A stretch of DNA of 64,000 nucleotides from Epithemia pelagica. Taxonomy: Eukaryota; Protista; Bacillariophyta. This document shows, piece after piece, positions 21,001-31,522 of this stretch. Position numbers and translations under genes: made by a program. The notes under the pieces were generated by a model that was given only the letters and a program-made list of their open reading frames with translations, was not told the origin of the DNA and did no database searches. Location: positions 992,001-1,056,000 of the forward strand of contig OX337237.1 of assembly GCA_946965045.2 (NCBI GenBank), written 5' to 3'. How positions within the stretch are numbered: the stretch's first letter is position 1; every line of letters begins with the position of its first letter.

Positions 21001-23310
21001 CAACTTGGTGCACTGTACGTACCAACAGATACCAGCGAAACCGACGACGACTCTAGGACCAAAAAGCGCAGCGAAAATCCATTTGCAAAATACTATGCCT
21101 GTGCTGCCATGGTGGATCTCGACGACACCACAAACTTGCAAGGAGACGATGCTGCAGAAAATGAAGCCGAACTGGCTCGCCATCCTGACACCATGGATGA
21201 GCTGATCACAAGTGCGGCCGACCACTTATGGTTTTTGTATGCTGAGTATTCCCATGCAGCTGACCCGGGACTCAAAGATCTTTTGACTCTTCGGATTCAA
21301 AATACCCGTCGCATGATTCGCGACATGTGGTATTTTATTCTTGAGTGCGAACAAACACCAGGATCGCCCTACGAACATGCGGGATTGAGTCTCGTACATG
21401 ATGTAGCCTATGAACTGACGAAATGTGGACCAATTTCACCACCGTGGTACAACTTGGATCGCCCCTGTCTTACGGTCACTCCCGATCGAGTCTCTTCTAA
21501 TGACTCCATCTCTACTGTGACTGTTGACCAAGACAGGTCCTATCCTACAGATGACCACGCGAAGGTTTATATGGCTGCCTTTGACATGTCATACACCGAG
21601 TCAACCCGCCGTGGTCGCCCTTACGTGACTCCGCCACGCGCTCCCGCGCCTGTCGACACTACTGTTGACTCAAGATCCCTGAGCCGTCACATGTTACGTG
21701 CTAGCTTCATCACGTTGGTTGTGGTGGTACCCAGTGTCCTCTATCTTCTGCCATCACCCCAACCCTCCACCTATGCAACTACAGTCTTCACAGACGGAAT
21801 GGCCTCTCTCATGTCTAGCTTTGGCTACTACTGGATGGGAACCAAGACTTTATTTTATGGACTATGGGCTTTGCTCTGGAGCGTTTTGGCCCATCCATCA
21901 TGCCAACCTGCCTTCTTTTCTTGGCTTTCCTGCTGGATTGTTGTTTTGATCTTGCTTCCCAAGACCATTTCACCCGTGACAGGTCATCCTTCTCCTTTGT
22001 TCAACTCCACATCGACACCTTCCGTCCACCATTTCCGTGCCACTCTCCATCCGGTACCTCCGCCCTCTTCTACCTTATCATCTGGTGGATTGTGGAGTGT
22101 GGTGAGCAATGGCCTGGCCTATGCAATGAGCCGCCGTTTCCCGCTCATTTACATCCGTTTGATTGTTGGGTCGTTTTGTAAGTTGTTGCATCTGGACTCT
22201 TTTGGGTCCACTCACGCTGCTCCTCCGTGTGCACCAGTCAGTACCCGTCCGAAAAGAGGGAAGAACACTGCATTCCCTTTGAATCACCCTCGTGTCAAGC
22301 GCAAGCCGTCGTTTCGATCCGTGACTTCTTCACCGGCACACAAACGAGCGCGTATGCGACAACGGATGCCGCGACCAATCCCTCTCCGTCGTCGCGCAAC
22401 TCCGTACAACAACAACAACTCAGCACGTACCAGGTTTAATCCACCCATGGGAACCCGCAGCTCTGTGATTCCCACGAATAGCTACCAGCGCTTCCATTAC
22501 AACAACCGAACCTCGTTCACGACGCCCAATCGTCGTAACAGAAACACCGATAACCACTCACCCACTCGAAGTGAAGCCTTGAGGAGCAACCGACAGTCAT
22601 CAACCCCAAGACAAGTCTTTGGTTTGACTGCATACCTTGAGGAACTCCGCTCCCTCAACGCCTTTCAAGTCTTGGGGAACACACGCAACTACGACTCATG
22701 GAGGTACATCACTCCTGCTGGCTTGGAAGCGTGCCTTCAGGATCCAATGGCCTTGAGGAGCGCAATGCCGAATGACGCGTCTTATCCCATCATCTGGGAT
22801 AGTGGCGCCAGCATCTCCATCACCAACAACGAAAAAGACTTCGTGGGCAAGATCGAACCACTACCAAACTTCAAGGTGAAAGGCATTGCCAATCGCATGA
22901 AAGCGATTGGCCGCGGAGAGGTCTTGTGGAGCATCCTTGATTCTTCTGGGAACATCCGACAACTTCGAATTCCTGCTTTCCTGGTACCCAAGACAAGTGT
23001 CAGACTGTTGTCGACACAGAGTTTGCTTCAGACGTATGACGGCGAAAAGATTGTGCAAGACGGTAAAACATTGGTACTCACCGGTTTACCTGAAGACACA
23101 ACACGAACACAAGTCACTGTCGTTGTGAATCCGCAAAACAATCTCCCAATGTCGTACGGTTACAACCATGACGAAGTAACCAAGAGTTCGCATGCTCTCA
23201 ACACAATCGTCAACGAAACATCAGAACAAAACAAGAATCTTAGTGAGACACAGAAGGAACTGCGTGTCAATATGGAAAACAAAAGAGACGTCCATCACCT
23301 GGAACCTTGA
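18052..23310 (+). CDS. gag: Inner Copia ORF1: Gag + long insert + aspartic protease; ends by frameshift
   Basis: Open from 17833, first ATG 18052. Zinc knuckle WCGVCTRWNTSHTTANH (~19335-19392); protease IIWDSGAS (~22790-22810). Confidence 0.85.
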   Translation: MSDETPTPPPGIDYRPDPPKIGGLVRSKKDEWVAWTGGKPTYKWDGLEVKATEPLRTMQIRTLTDKKYYDRISGPDEKYSKKTGDFSRLQDEIKQHLIKHGMDSIAYLPNPHDPKDMLFIVIEHPKYTMSKVKELMKTQIVSYDKYDRNNDVSAQDYLLDCLEKSFRHEVEDQSREVTCFPELFMVLVTIVTHDSPQHWEQVKHEMRALVPHKYPGHDIMALTKDFSEKARPLIAAGQYDHTLTGNLLANILKTEWPDTPKFDLLTLNKRVNDGIIHIRFLDRSIGDSHMKKERLLYTDVIEEANKKYLICVKEGEWSPKRSSPDSKSVPSSFTANKATVSKTKKKRHSIMTQASLNALIQTLRNPPGSNPTPSNGPNTQPGSNHRDRKGKPIHKRNNTRVDRSQAHPWKKIPPAPGAPEQQTIQGQRWFWCGVCTRWNTSHTTANHIVGYKKSPGDKDKAKPRNATHAKKLELEVSAWQTEFDLDQLDPPALPVAALPDCMSLASVDCCEALMNDDDDCCDSVDCCKDTVDHYVFFTIWDMSPSDDSSSMDCSSTNSGNDDDDTDRTPPIPFDELRRILSPNNNEPTATNHNDSDHKDDDNESCTCNTETKEKKTSTNNETVSICRPHKDDDSSTESEDNEDEYADMPPLVAQKLTPVVANKDLPSSASNKEEEQEKKKGKLSGSHAKTLYFDRWDDIDMWYGSDHSPTDQRTFSSVEANAAVHDKSFDSTKIEQEDEQDSYENAGGLDTTMDTQEGSLISHDNSSDLTHLKNLQEGLLDDSKPPALRRPEISPVTNPTPLRHDQFPTPATEALEQWTRGFVPRPRPRDPRISIEQEANTAKRDGMRYERAQYTVYALRHQEPELTVAVAYQRVKDEEWFVGWFIDGTRIPNHPNPAPVWPEMSVHSTPLPCLLRSRIMEHRPIDQKYDQFVSFLNQSNATPSPVNISDPPTVDLHSRSAACETLENMADESVSSTSFVDNSQLGALYVPTDTSETDDDSRTKKRSENPFAKYYACAAMVDLDDTTNLQGDDAAENEAELARHPDTMDELITSAADHLWFLYAEYSHAADPGLKDLLTLRIQNTRRMIRDMWYFILECEQTPGSPYEHAGLSLVHDVAYELTKCGPISPPWYNLDRPCLTVTPDRVSSNDSISTVTVDQDRSYPTDDHAKVYMAAFDMSYTESTRRGRPYVTPPRAPAPVDTTVDSRSLSRHMLRASFITLVVVVPSVLYLLPSPQPSTYATTVFTDGMASLMSSFGYYWMGTKTLFYGLWALLWSVLAHPSCQPAFFSWLSCWIVVLILLPKTISPVTGHPSPLFNSTSTPSVHHFRATLHPVPPPSSTLSSGGLWSVVSNGLAYAMSRRFPLIYIRLIVGSFCKLLHLDSFGSTHAAPPCAPVSTRPKRGKNTAFPLNHPRVKRKPSFRSVTSSPAHKRARMRQRMPRPIPLRRRATPYNNNNSARTRFNPPMGTRSSVIPTNSYQRFHYNNRTSFTTPNRRNRNTDNHSPTRSEALRSNRQSSTPRQVFGLTAYLEELRSLNAFQVLGNTRNYDSWRYITPAGLEACLQDPMALRSAMPNDASYPIIWDSGASISITNNEKDFVGKIEPLPNFKVKGIANRMKAIGRGEVLWSILDSSGNIRQLRIPAFLVPKTSVRLLSTQSLLQTYDGEKIVQDGKTLVLTGLPEDTTRTQVTVVVNPQNNLPMSYGYNHDEVTKSSHALNTIVNETSEQNKNLSETQKELRVNMENKRDVHHLEP

Positions 23311-26300
23311 GTTCCATTGTAAAAGACAGACGGGGAATAACAAAAGCCGGAAATCTTTACCCTGGTCAGTGTGTAAGCGTAGATCACTTTGTATGCTCCA
23401 CTAAAGGACGCTTATTTACATCCCGAGACAAGTCAAAATCTTCCGACCTGTACATGGGCGGCGCAATCTTTGTAGACCACGCTTCGGGGTACACCTGGAT
23501 TGGGTTCCAGAGTCATCTAAACACCCATGAGACCCTACGAGTAAAAGACTCATTCGAACTTTTCTGTAGAGATGTGGGAGTTGTGCCCCTACAGTACCTA
23601 ACTGACAATGGCTCTGCCTTTACATCGGCTAAATATACGGAGTCCCTACAAAATTTTGCACAAACTTATCGATTTGCGGGAGTTGGGGCACATCACCATG
23701 CCGGTATAGCCGAACGTGCAATACAAACCATTATGTCTATAGCAAGAACGATGATGCTACACGCGGCCATACAATGGCCCGAAATGGCTGATCCTTCTCT
23801 ATGGCCAATGGCAGTCGCACATGCAACTTTCTTAAGTAACCATGTCCCAAGCCTCGACACGGGCATAAGTCCCCATGACTTGTTTACACGAACAAGATGG
23901 GAGCAACGGAAATTCCATGACTTACATGTGTGGGGTTGTCCCGTCTATGTATTGGACAAAGCCATGGCTGACGGTAAGAAGCTTCCACGATGGAAGCCCC
24001 GCTCCACGCGAGGAATTCTCATGGGCCTAAGTACCCGTCATGCTACAACTGTACCACTGGTACTCAACCCCAATACGGGGTATATTACCCCTCAATTCCA
24101 CGTTGTCTTCGACGACTGGTTTAGTACAATTGCCACATCCGTTGAAGACCTTCCTGACCTTACCAGTCACGAATGGGACCGACTTTTTGGTGACTCACAC
24201 TACCAATACATTGAGGACGATGATGATCTAGACTATGAGTCTCCAGCTCCACATGATGTTCTACATCATTCCGACTTTGGCAACAAACAGACCACTGTCA
24301 CTCGATCTATTGAGACTCACGACCCCCTTTCCGTCCTCCCTAGTCATTCTAACTCTCCTGGTATCTACCCTCTTAATACTCCTGGCTCTGCTCCAGGCGA
24401 GAAACCGGTGCCGTTGTCAGAAGGAGTAACCCCTCTTTCTCCATCGACGCCCCTTTCTCAGAGGGAAACAGTCCGTACCACTCCTACTAAACTACCTACT
24501 ATCGCAGAGCAACCTTCTCCTATGACCCCTTCTTTGCCTGCACCCCCTTCTTTCGAGCCATCCACTCCTCAGAGGGAGCAACCACAATCACCTCACATCC
24601 CTACTCCAGCTCCTACACCTGGTCCGACTATGGTGTCTAGGCGTTCCGGACGAACTATTCGACCGCCCAAACGCTATGTGCAAGACCTATGTAGTTTCCC
24701 AGCCTCTGTCCAGTCTAGTGACCTTCTCTCCATGATGAAAGCTTCCTTATCAGATCCTGACACCCTCAGTTATGATGAAGCTATGCGAGATAAGGATCTC
24801 ACCAAGTGGCAGGCTGCAGCCAGCAAAGAAATCCGAGAACTAGAAGAAAAGGGAACATGGGTAGAGGTGCAGCAGAGTGAAGCAACTACGCGAATTTTAC
24901 CCGGTACCTGGGTGTTTAAACGCAAAAGAACCCCTGACGGAGAAATTTCCAAGTTCAAAGCACGATATTGCGTTCGCGGTGACCTCCAGGAGTCAGAGCA
25001 AGAGAACTATTCCCCTGTAGTCAACTGGAGTACTATTCGCATTGTACTCACCCTCAGTCTGATTCTAGGATGGGAACTTGCATGCATTGACTTCAATAAT
25101 GCTTTTGTGCAAGCCACTTTGAATGAACCCGTATGGATCCATCTGCCTAGAGGATTTCGATCATCGTTAAAAGGAACTACATGCCTTAGGTTGGTCAAAA
25201 GCCTCTATGGATTGTCATCGGCACCTAGACTGTGGTATGACCACCTAATACAGGCCCTCAAGGAAGACGGATTCCAAATGAGTAAACACGACCAATGTTT
25301 ACTGTACAAGGAAAACATAATCATCTTTCTATGGGTAGACGACTGTGGAGTGTGCGCACCTACAATTACCTTAATTGACGAACTAGTTGAACGATTGAAG
25401 AAAAAGGGCTTATCACTGGAAAAAGAAGGAAATTTCACCAATTATCTGGGGATCAACTTTGTCCGAGATGAAAAGACCAATTCGATCACCATGACTCAAA
25501 AGGGACTTATCAACAAGGTAATTGACGCTACCAATATGCAGGACTGCAACCCGAATTGGACCCCTGCTACACAATTAGCATTGGGAAGCGATCCTGATGG
25601 GGAACCCATGAAAGAGAAATGGCAATACAGCTCTATCGTGGGAATGTTACTGTACCTTGCAACTAACACCCGACCAGATATAGCCTTCGCTGTGAGCCAA
25701 GTAGCACGATTCAACTCTAATCCGAAGAAATCACATGCGGCAGCAGTGAAAACTATAGTGCGCTATCTAGCACGCACCAAGGACAAAGGAACCATCTTTA
25801 CGCCAACTAAAGATTTCAAGCTAGATTGCTATGTAGACGCCGATTTCGCAGGACTACATGGAAGGGAGCCTCAAGACAACCCAGTAAGTGCTAAGTCCAG
25901 GACTGGTTACATTCTTAGCTTTTGTGGGTGTCCTCTTATTTGGCGGTCGCAGCTACAATCATCAGTTGCACTAAGTACCCTCCAAGCCGAGTACCACGCT
26001 CTCTCCCAAGCCATGCGAAGTGTGATAGCTACGAGACGCGTGATAGAGGAACTTCTAGCCAACCTAGACCTGCCATTTGAGAAGCCGACCATCTTCTCCG
26101 AAGTGTTTGAAGACAATACAGGTGCCTTCTATCTTGCAACTAAGCAAAGATTGACACCTAGGACAAAACACTTCAACACGTACTTACACTTCTTCTGGGA
26201 ACATGTAGGTGATCACCCAGGCGGAGTGAAGGTAAGCATGGTAGGAACCGAGGAACAAAGGGCAGATTATTTCACCAAGTGCCAAACTCGGGAACTCTTC

Positions 26301-26333
26301 GAAAAGTGCCGTAAGCTCAATCAAGGATGGTAA
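23262..26333 (+). CDS. pol: Inner Copia IN-RT-RNase H, out of frame with ORF1
   Basis: ACQYGKQKRR (remnant of HHCC), VSVDHF / YLTDNG / GIAERAIQ (DDE), RT FLWVDD, RH YVDADFAG, FEDNTGA, RADYFTK. Confidence 0.9.
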   Translation, partial: ACQYGKQKRRPSPGTLSSIVKDRRGITKAGNLYPGQCVSVDHFVCSTKGRLFTSRDKSKSSDLYMGGAIFVDHASGYTWIGFQSHLNTHETLRVKDSFELFCRDVGVVPLQYLTDNGSAFTSAKYTESLQNFAQTYRFAGVGAHHHAGIAERAIQTIMSIARTMMLHAAIQWPEMADPSLWPMAVAHATFLSNHVPSLDTGISPHDLFTRTRWEQRKFHDLHVWGCPVYVLDKAMADGKKLPRWKPRSTRGILMGLSTRHATTVPLVLNPNTGYITPQFHVVFDDWFSTIATSVEDLPDLTSHEWDRLFGDSHYQYIEDDDDLDYESPAPHDVLHHSDFGNKQTTVTRSIETHDPLSVLPSHSNSPGIYPLNTPGSAPGEKPVPLSEGVTPLSPSTPLSQRETVRTTPTKLPTIAEQPSPMTPSLPAPPSFEPSTPQREQPQSPHIPTPAPTPGPTMVSRRSGRTIRPPKRYVQDLCSFPASVQSSDLLSMMKASLSDPDTLSYDEAMRDKDLTKWQAAASKEIRELEEKGTWVEVQQSEATTRILPGTWVFKRKRTPDGEISKFKARYCVRGDLQESEQENYSPVVNWSTIRIVLTLSLILGWELACIDFNNAFVQATLNEPVWIHLPRGFRSSLKGTTCLRLVKSLYGLSSAPRLWYDHLIQALKEDGFQMSKHDQCLLYKENIIIFLWVDDCGVCAPTITLIDELVERLKKKGLSLEKEGNFTNYLGINFVRDEKTNSITMTQKGLINKVIDATNMQDCNPNWTPATQLALGSDPDGEPMKEKWQYSSIVGMLLYLATNTRPDIAFAVSQVARFNSNPKKSHAAAVKTIVRYLARTKDKGTIFTPTKDFKLDCYVDADFAGLHGREPQDNPVSAKSRTGYILSFCGCPLIWRSQLQSSVALSTLQAEYHALSQAMRSVIATRRVIEELLANLDLPFEKPTIFSEVFEDNTGAFYLATKQRLTPRTKHFNTYLHFFWEHVGDHPGGVKVSMVGTEEQRADYFTKCQTRELFEKCRKLNQGW

Positions 26334-26381
26334 ACTGAGTCTACGGCATGTCGTAATTCCCCAATCACTCCATGAGAGGGA

Positions 26382-27150
26382 GAGTTAAAGTACGGCTAGC
26401 TATAGACCTAGAACTACCTTTCGAAGAACAACACCTAGACTCTATGAGAGTACACGTCTACCATGACATAGCTGTGCCATCTGTCCTGCAAGCTTGTGCG
26501 AACACGTGCGTGGACGGCTGACGAAGCTGTGCCCATGTATGTGACATGTCCGAGCCTGCGGCACAATGTTCCCTCTCTGAATAACCCTGGTGTTTTGTGA
26601 TACACATTTACATATGCCCACTACTATCTACGACAGGCAAAAGCCGGACGAGCTCCACTCGGAAGCAAAGTCCAGGCTATGTCTCACCTAAAACATACAC
26701 GTCTCCAACTTACAACAAGATTCACCAAAGGATCATGGATACTTGGTTCAAGCCAATAGTTCCACCTCTATCCCCCACAGTTTGAGTATATGGAACAGGT
26801 TCTATGCACTAAGAGAACAGGTTCCATTAGTCCCTAAACGTAGAGCGTCTGTAGCGCCTTACCTAGAAGTCAAAGATGTTTCTTCACCGGGCCCAACGAT
26901 TCGGGAAAAGTAAACTCTTTATGACTGAAAGGAAGTAAGGAAAGAGCAATCATGAGAAACAAACACTTTCGATAGAATAAGCTCACTTCTTATAAAAACC
27001 TGAAAGTTGTAAGCAACCTTTAGGAAGGAGTCAACCATACTAACCTAGTACAAGGTGAGGGCCCCATCGTGTACCGAGTGAACTGGTTGACTACAGAAGT
27101 TCAGAGCACTAACCATCACGTCTTACGTTAGTTTTTCTACATACATCAAG
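26382..27150 (+). repeat. 3' LTR of inner Copia
   Basis: Direct repeat of 16803-17571, preceded by purine tract atgagaggga. Confidence 0.95.
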
Positions 27151-30100
27151 TCAACGAACGGGCGAAGATCCACACTGATAACCCGACCACAGACGATCAT
27201 GCGGTCATTTTCCCGTCCACGGGTTTCCGAATCCCTCTGAGTCTCTGGGGAATCTTCTCCTTTTTTCCCGACTGTCAAGCCAACAGAAGACGACCTTGTT
27301 GCAGGACATGACGTATACGTCCTGACTCCAAGCCGTTGGAACCCACACTCCGACGCTTATGAGACAAATGAGGCGAGTATGTTGGATTGGGAGGGCAACA
27401 TCAAGGAGAAGAAGGACCAGTTGCGAATTGCAATTGACGATATCCCTAATCCGAATGATGAACAGGATTATTGGGTATCCTCCATGGAAGCACCTGCAAT
27501 CGACCGAACATGCGCAACACGGAACCATTGGAGGAACCACATGGCAGAGCTTCGGAAATCCGCTGCCATTGAGCCATATGATGAAATCGGTGGACATCTA
27601 TCTGGCATATCTTCGGTTCTTGTCGAATCCATGATGGCGCTGGAATTGGAGGAGAGAATGGTCCATGGCAAAGAAGTTGCAGCCATTGGAGCCACCACCA
27701 TCCAGGATGAGGGCGATGAGGAGGACAATAGCGATGACAGTTCTGAAGGCGAGAGAGAACCAGACGACGACATGGACATTGACCTAAGCACGTTGGAAGA
27801 TGTAGATCTTGATGAATTCTTCGTCTCAAGTGTCCATGCTGGCAAGTCCCAAGGAATTGGAGCCAAATACCTCGCCAAAGTATGGAGGATCAGTCACGAC
27901 GACGCCAAACGAACCTTGGCTGTGACATCCCAACATGGAAAAAGGCCTGAAGATCCAACCCTGTCCCAGAATTATGGCACCAACGACCGAATGCTTCGGT
28001 ACCGACGAATAGAAGAATACTTCTATATGGACACCTTCTTTGCGACGAAGAAAGGAGGGAAGTCATCTCGTGGCCACACATGTTGCCAATTGTTTGTTAC
28101 TGACAAAGGCTTCATGCATGTGGTGCCAATGAAGAGGAAGTCAGAAGTTTTGATGGCTGTCAAGATCTTTGCAAAAGAAATTGGTGCTCCCGATGCGTTG
28201 ATTTGTGACATGTCCAAGGAACAAACGAGTTCCGACATGAAATTATTCCTTAACGACATCGGAACAACTCTTCGTGCGTTGGAAGAGGGCACGCCCTGGG
28301 CGAATAAAGCTGAGTTGTATATCAAGTTGATAAAGGAAGCGGTTCGCAAAGACATGCGCGAAGCGAACTCCCCGCTTCCGTTTTGGGACTATTGCCTAGA
28401 GAGGAGAGTCCGAATTTACAATCTCACGGCTCGAGATTACATCACCGTTCGGGGAACAAATCCCTACACCGCAACGCTGGGTGTTGAGGGGGATATTTTG
28501 AGTCTTGGACGATACCAGTGGTACGAATGGTGCTACTTCCGTGAGCACACAGCAAAGTTTCCCCACAACCAAGAGGTCCTCGGTCGTATCCTTGGTCCGG
28601 CAAAAGGTGAAGGAAATGAGATGGCACAATGGGTTCTAAAAGCAAATGGAAATGTGGTGCCACGACGGTCCACCCGCCCACTACAAGAATCCGAAATCTA
28701 CAGTGCCAGTGAGCAATCAAAGCGTGAGGCCTTCAACGCATTGATTGAGAGGAGGCATGGCACCTCCATACAACCACCACCTACCATTCCCGACGACGAT
28801 GAAAAATTTTATGATCCATATGAGGACGATGAACAACCTCAATATACCACCCCGGACATAGAAGACACAGTTGACAACACGGGAAGACTCTTGAACCAAT
28901 GCCCTGCCTACGACAGGATGATCAACGCTGAAGTGCAAATGCAGATTGGCGACGAGATCAGCAAGGGAGTGGTCAAGAGAAGAGCCATTGGGGCCGATGG
29001 GACAACGTCTGGCAAATACCATGACGACCCATACAGCAATTCAATCCTCTACGAAGTCGAGTTCTTGGACGGCCAAGTCAAGGAGTATGCCGCCAATGTC
29101 ATAGCCGAAAGCATGCTTGCCGAGGTTGACACAGATGGGAAACACCTGCGACTGATGGAAGGGATAGTCAAATGGAAGAAGGACGAATCTCTGGCCGTAT
29201 CCAAACGCGACAAATACGTCTATGACAGGCATGGTAGACGGAGGGCAAGGAAGACGACGAGAGGGTGGTGGCTGCTAGTCAAGTGGAAGGATGGATCCGA
29301 ATCTTGGCAACGATTGGCAGACATGAAGGAATCATATCCTATTGAGACGGCTGAGTTCGCCGTAGCACGAGGATTGGAAGATGAGCCCACGTTTCAATGG
29401 TGGGCCAAGTCAACATTGCGGCGCAGGGACGCAATCATATCGGCACTGAAGACACGTGCACGACAGATCCGGCACAAGTATGGTATAGAGATACCTACAA
29501 GTGTGGAGCATGCGAAGGAGCTTGACAAGAGAAACGGCAATGATTATTGGATGAAGGCTCTAGCCAAGGAGATGTTCAATGTTGGAGTCGCCTTCGAAAT
29601 CCTAGCCGATGGAGAAAAGGCACCCCATGGTTGGCACCTGGTAACCGGACACCTAGTCTGGGACGTGAAAATGGATTTTACCAGGAAGGCCAGGTGGGTT
29701 CTCGATGGGCACAAGACGCCGGATCCAGAGGGATCAACGTTTGCCGGTGTAGTGTCTAGAGAAAGCGTACGCATCGCTTTCACGTACGCCGCTCTGAATG
29801 GGCTTGATGTTTTCGCCACCGACATCAGAAATGCATACCTCCAGGCGCCATCTTCGAGAAAGGATTACATTATATGTGGTCCTGAGTTTGGGATCGAGAA
29901 CGTGGGCAAGGTTGCACTCGTTCATCGCGCATTATATGGAGGAAAGACGGCGGGAAAAGACTTTCAGAACCATCTCAGGTCATGTATGAGTCATCTTGGT
30001 TTCAAGTCATGCCCTGCGGATCCAGATGTCTGGATGAGGCCGGCAGAAAAGTCTGACGGATCACCGTACTACGAGTATGTATTGCTTTATGTAGATGATG

Positions 30101-31209
30101 CCTTGGCCATCGGAGAGAGAGCGGAGAAGATTCTCCGGGAGGAAATTGGCCGATACTTTGAGTTGAAAGAGGAGTCGGTCGGTCCTCCAAGTCTGTATCT
30201 TGGTGGAAGAGTTCGGAAGGTTGTACTTGAAAATGGAGCCGAAGCATGGGCCTTCAGTTCTTCACAATACGTTCAAGCCGCCGTAAAGAATGTGGAAGAT
30301 CATCTGTCCAAGGATGAGAACAAAAGGTGGTCTTTACCAAGCAAAGCAGACACGCCGATGAAGGCCAACTACAGGGCAGAACTGGATGTCTCAGCGGAAT
30401 TGTCACCGGGAGACGCCTCGTACTATCAATCTTTGATCGGAGTTTTGCGTTGGATTGTCGAGTTAGGCAGAGTCGATATCTGTCTTGAGGTATCAGTGTT
30501 GTCGTCCCATCTCGCCCTACCGAGGGAGGGGCATATGCAACAAGTCCTGCAGGTATTCGCATACCTCAAGAAATACCACAACGCAGAGCTTGTGTATGAT
30601 CCAAGCGATCCCGTCGTTGACGAAACAGAGTTTGAACGAAGAGATTGGACTGCCTCAGAGTTTGGCCATATTGATGGCAAGGAGGAGTTCCCACCCAACA
30701 TGCCGGAGCCTCGAGGATTGGGGTTTGTGATTCGCGCCAAAGTCGATGCGGATCATGCTTCCGACACGGTATCGAGACGATCTCGAACGGGTTTTCTCGT
30801 CTATCTGAATTCGGCATTGACATATTGGTGGAGCAAGAAGCAGACATCAATCGAATCATCATCCTTTGGATCGGAATTCATTGCTATGAAGCAGTGTTGC
30901 GAATATCTACGAGGGTTACGGTACAAGCTAAGGATGCTTGGGATACCGTGTGACGGTCCAAGCCTTATCTATGGAGATAATCAGTCAGTGTTGGCGAACA
31001 CTACAATACCAGACTCGGCGCTAAAGAAGAAAAGTCAGTCTATAGCATACCATTTTGTGCGGGAGGGTGTGGCAAGGGACGAGTGGAGAACGACCTACAT
31101 AAACACTCACGATAACGAGGCGGATTTGTTGACCAAGGTTCTGCCAAATGGAGAGAAGAGGCGTGGGTTTGTACGGAACTTGCTTCACCACATCTTTGGC
31201 ACAGAGTGA
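27151..31209 (+). pseudogene. pol: pol of outer Copia, 3' part (IN, chromo-like module, RT, RNase H), +1 frameshift in T-run at 27261-27266
   Basis: YFYMDTFF / LICDMS / NKAELYIK (DDE), LLVKWKDGSESW, RT LLYVDDAL, RH KVDADHA, YGDNQS, NEADLLTK. IPLSLWGIFS-FPT only reads through if one T is removed. Confidence 0.9.
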
Positions 31210-31350
31210 ATGATAAGTGGATTATGCATGAGCGGAACCACTTGGTTAAATGGAGGTGGAGGTAGCATGATGCGAACCACCTAGGATAAATCAAGGACCA
31301 CAAGACGATAACAAACCAACGTTGCAGCGGCAAGGTTGATTTGAGAGGAG

Positions 31351-31490
31351 TGTTGAAATTGTGGCCCATATTTGGCAATGAACGACAAATGTGTGGAAAC
31401 TACCACGGCTATGTGGCCGATTTTGGTGGGAGCTGTGTACGACTCCCATCTGTGAGCCAGGATAGTTTTCTCTGTAATGAACGTATAATC
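31351..31490 (+). repeat. 3' LTR of outer Copia, lacking its last ~25 nt
   Basis: tgttgaaattgtggccc...aacgtataatc after PPT ttgagaggag (31341-31350); then a 13-nt filler and aaaag. Confidence 0.9.
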
Positions 31491-31522
31491 AGAAGGATTA
31501 TCCAAAAGACAACCAAGTAACC

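Larger units (their letters stand above)
16803..27150 (+). mobile_element. Ty1/Copia LTR retrotransposon 'inner' (different lineage), nested in outer pol
   Basis: ~769-bp LTRs with no difference seen (offset 9579), 5-bp TSD tcaac (or caacg), PBS-like TGGTTATTGAGCCC, PPT ATGAGAGGGA, gag-PR then IN-RT-RH. Confidence 0.95.
14346..31490 (+). mobile_element. Ty1/Copia LTR retrotransposon 'outer' (CoDi-like), inactivated; hosts two nested insertions
   Basis: 5' LTR TGTTG...TTAGCA, PBS-like GTTTATCAGACCCA, gag, PR-IN-RT-RH order, PPT TTGAGAGGAG, 3' LTR at 31351. Candidate TSD aaaag at 14341-14345 / 31504-31508. Confidence 0.95.
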
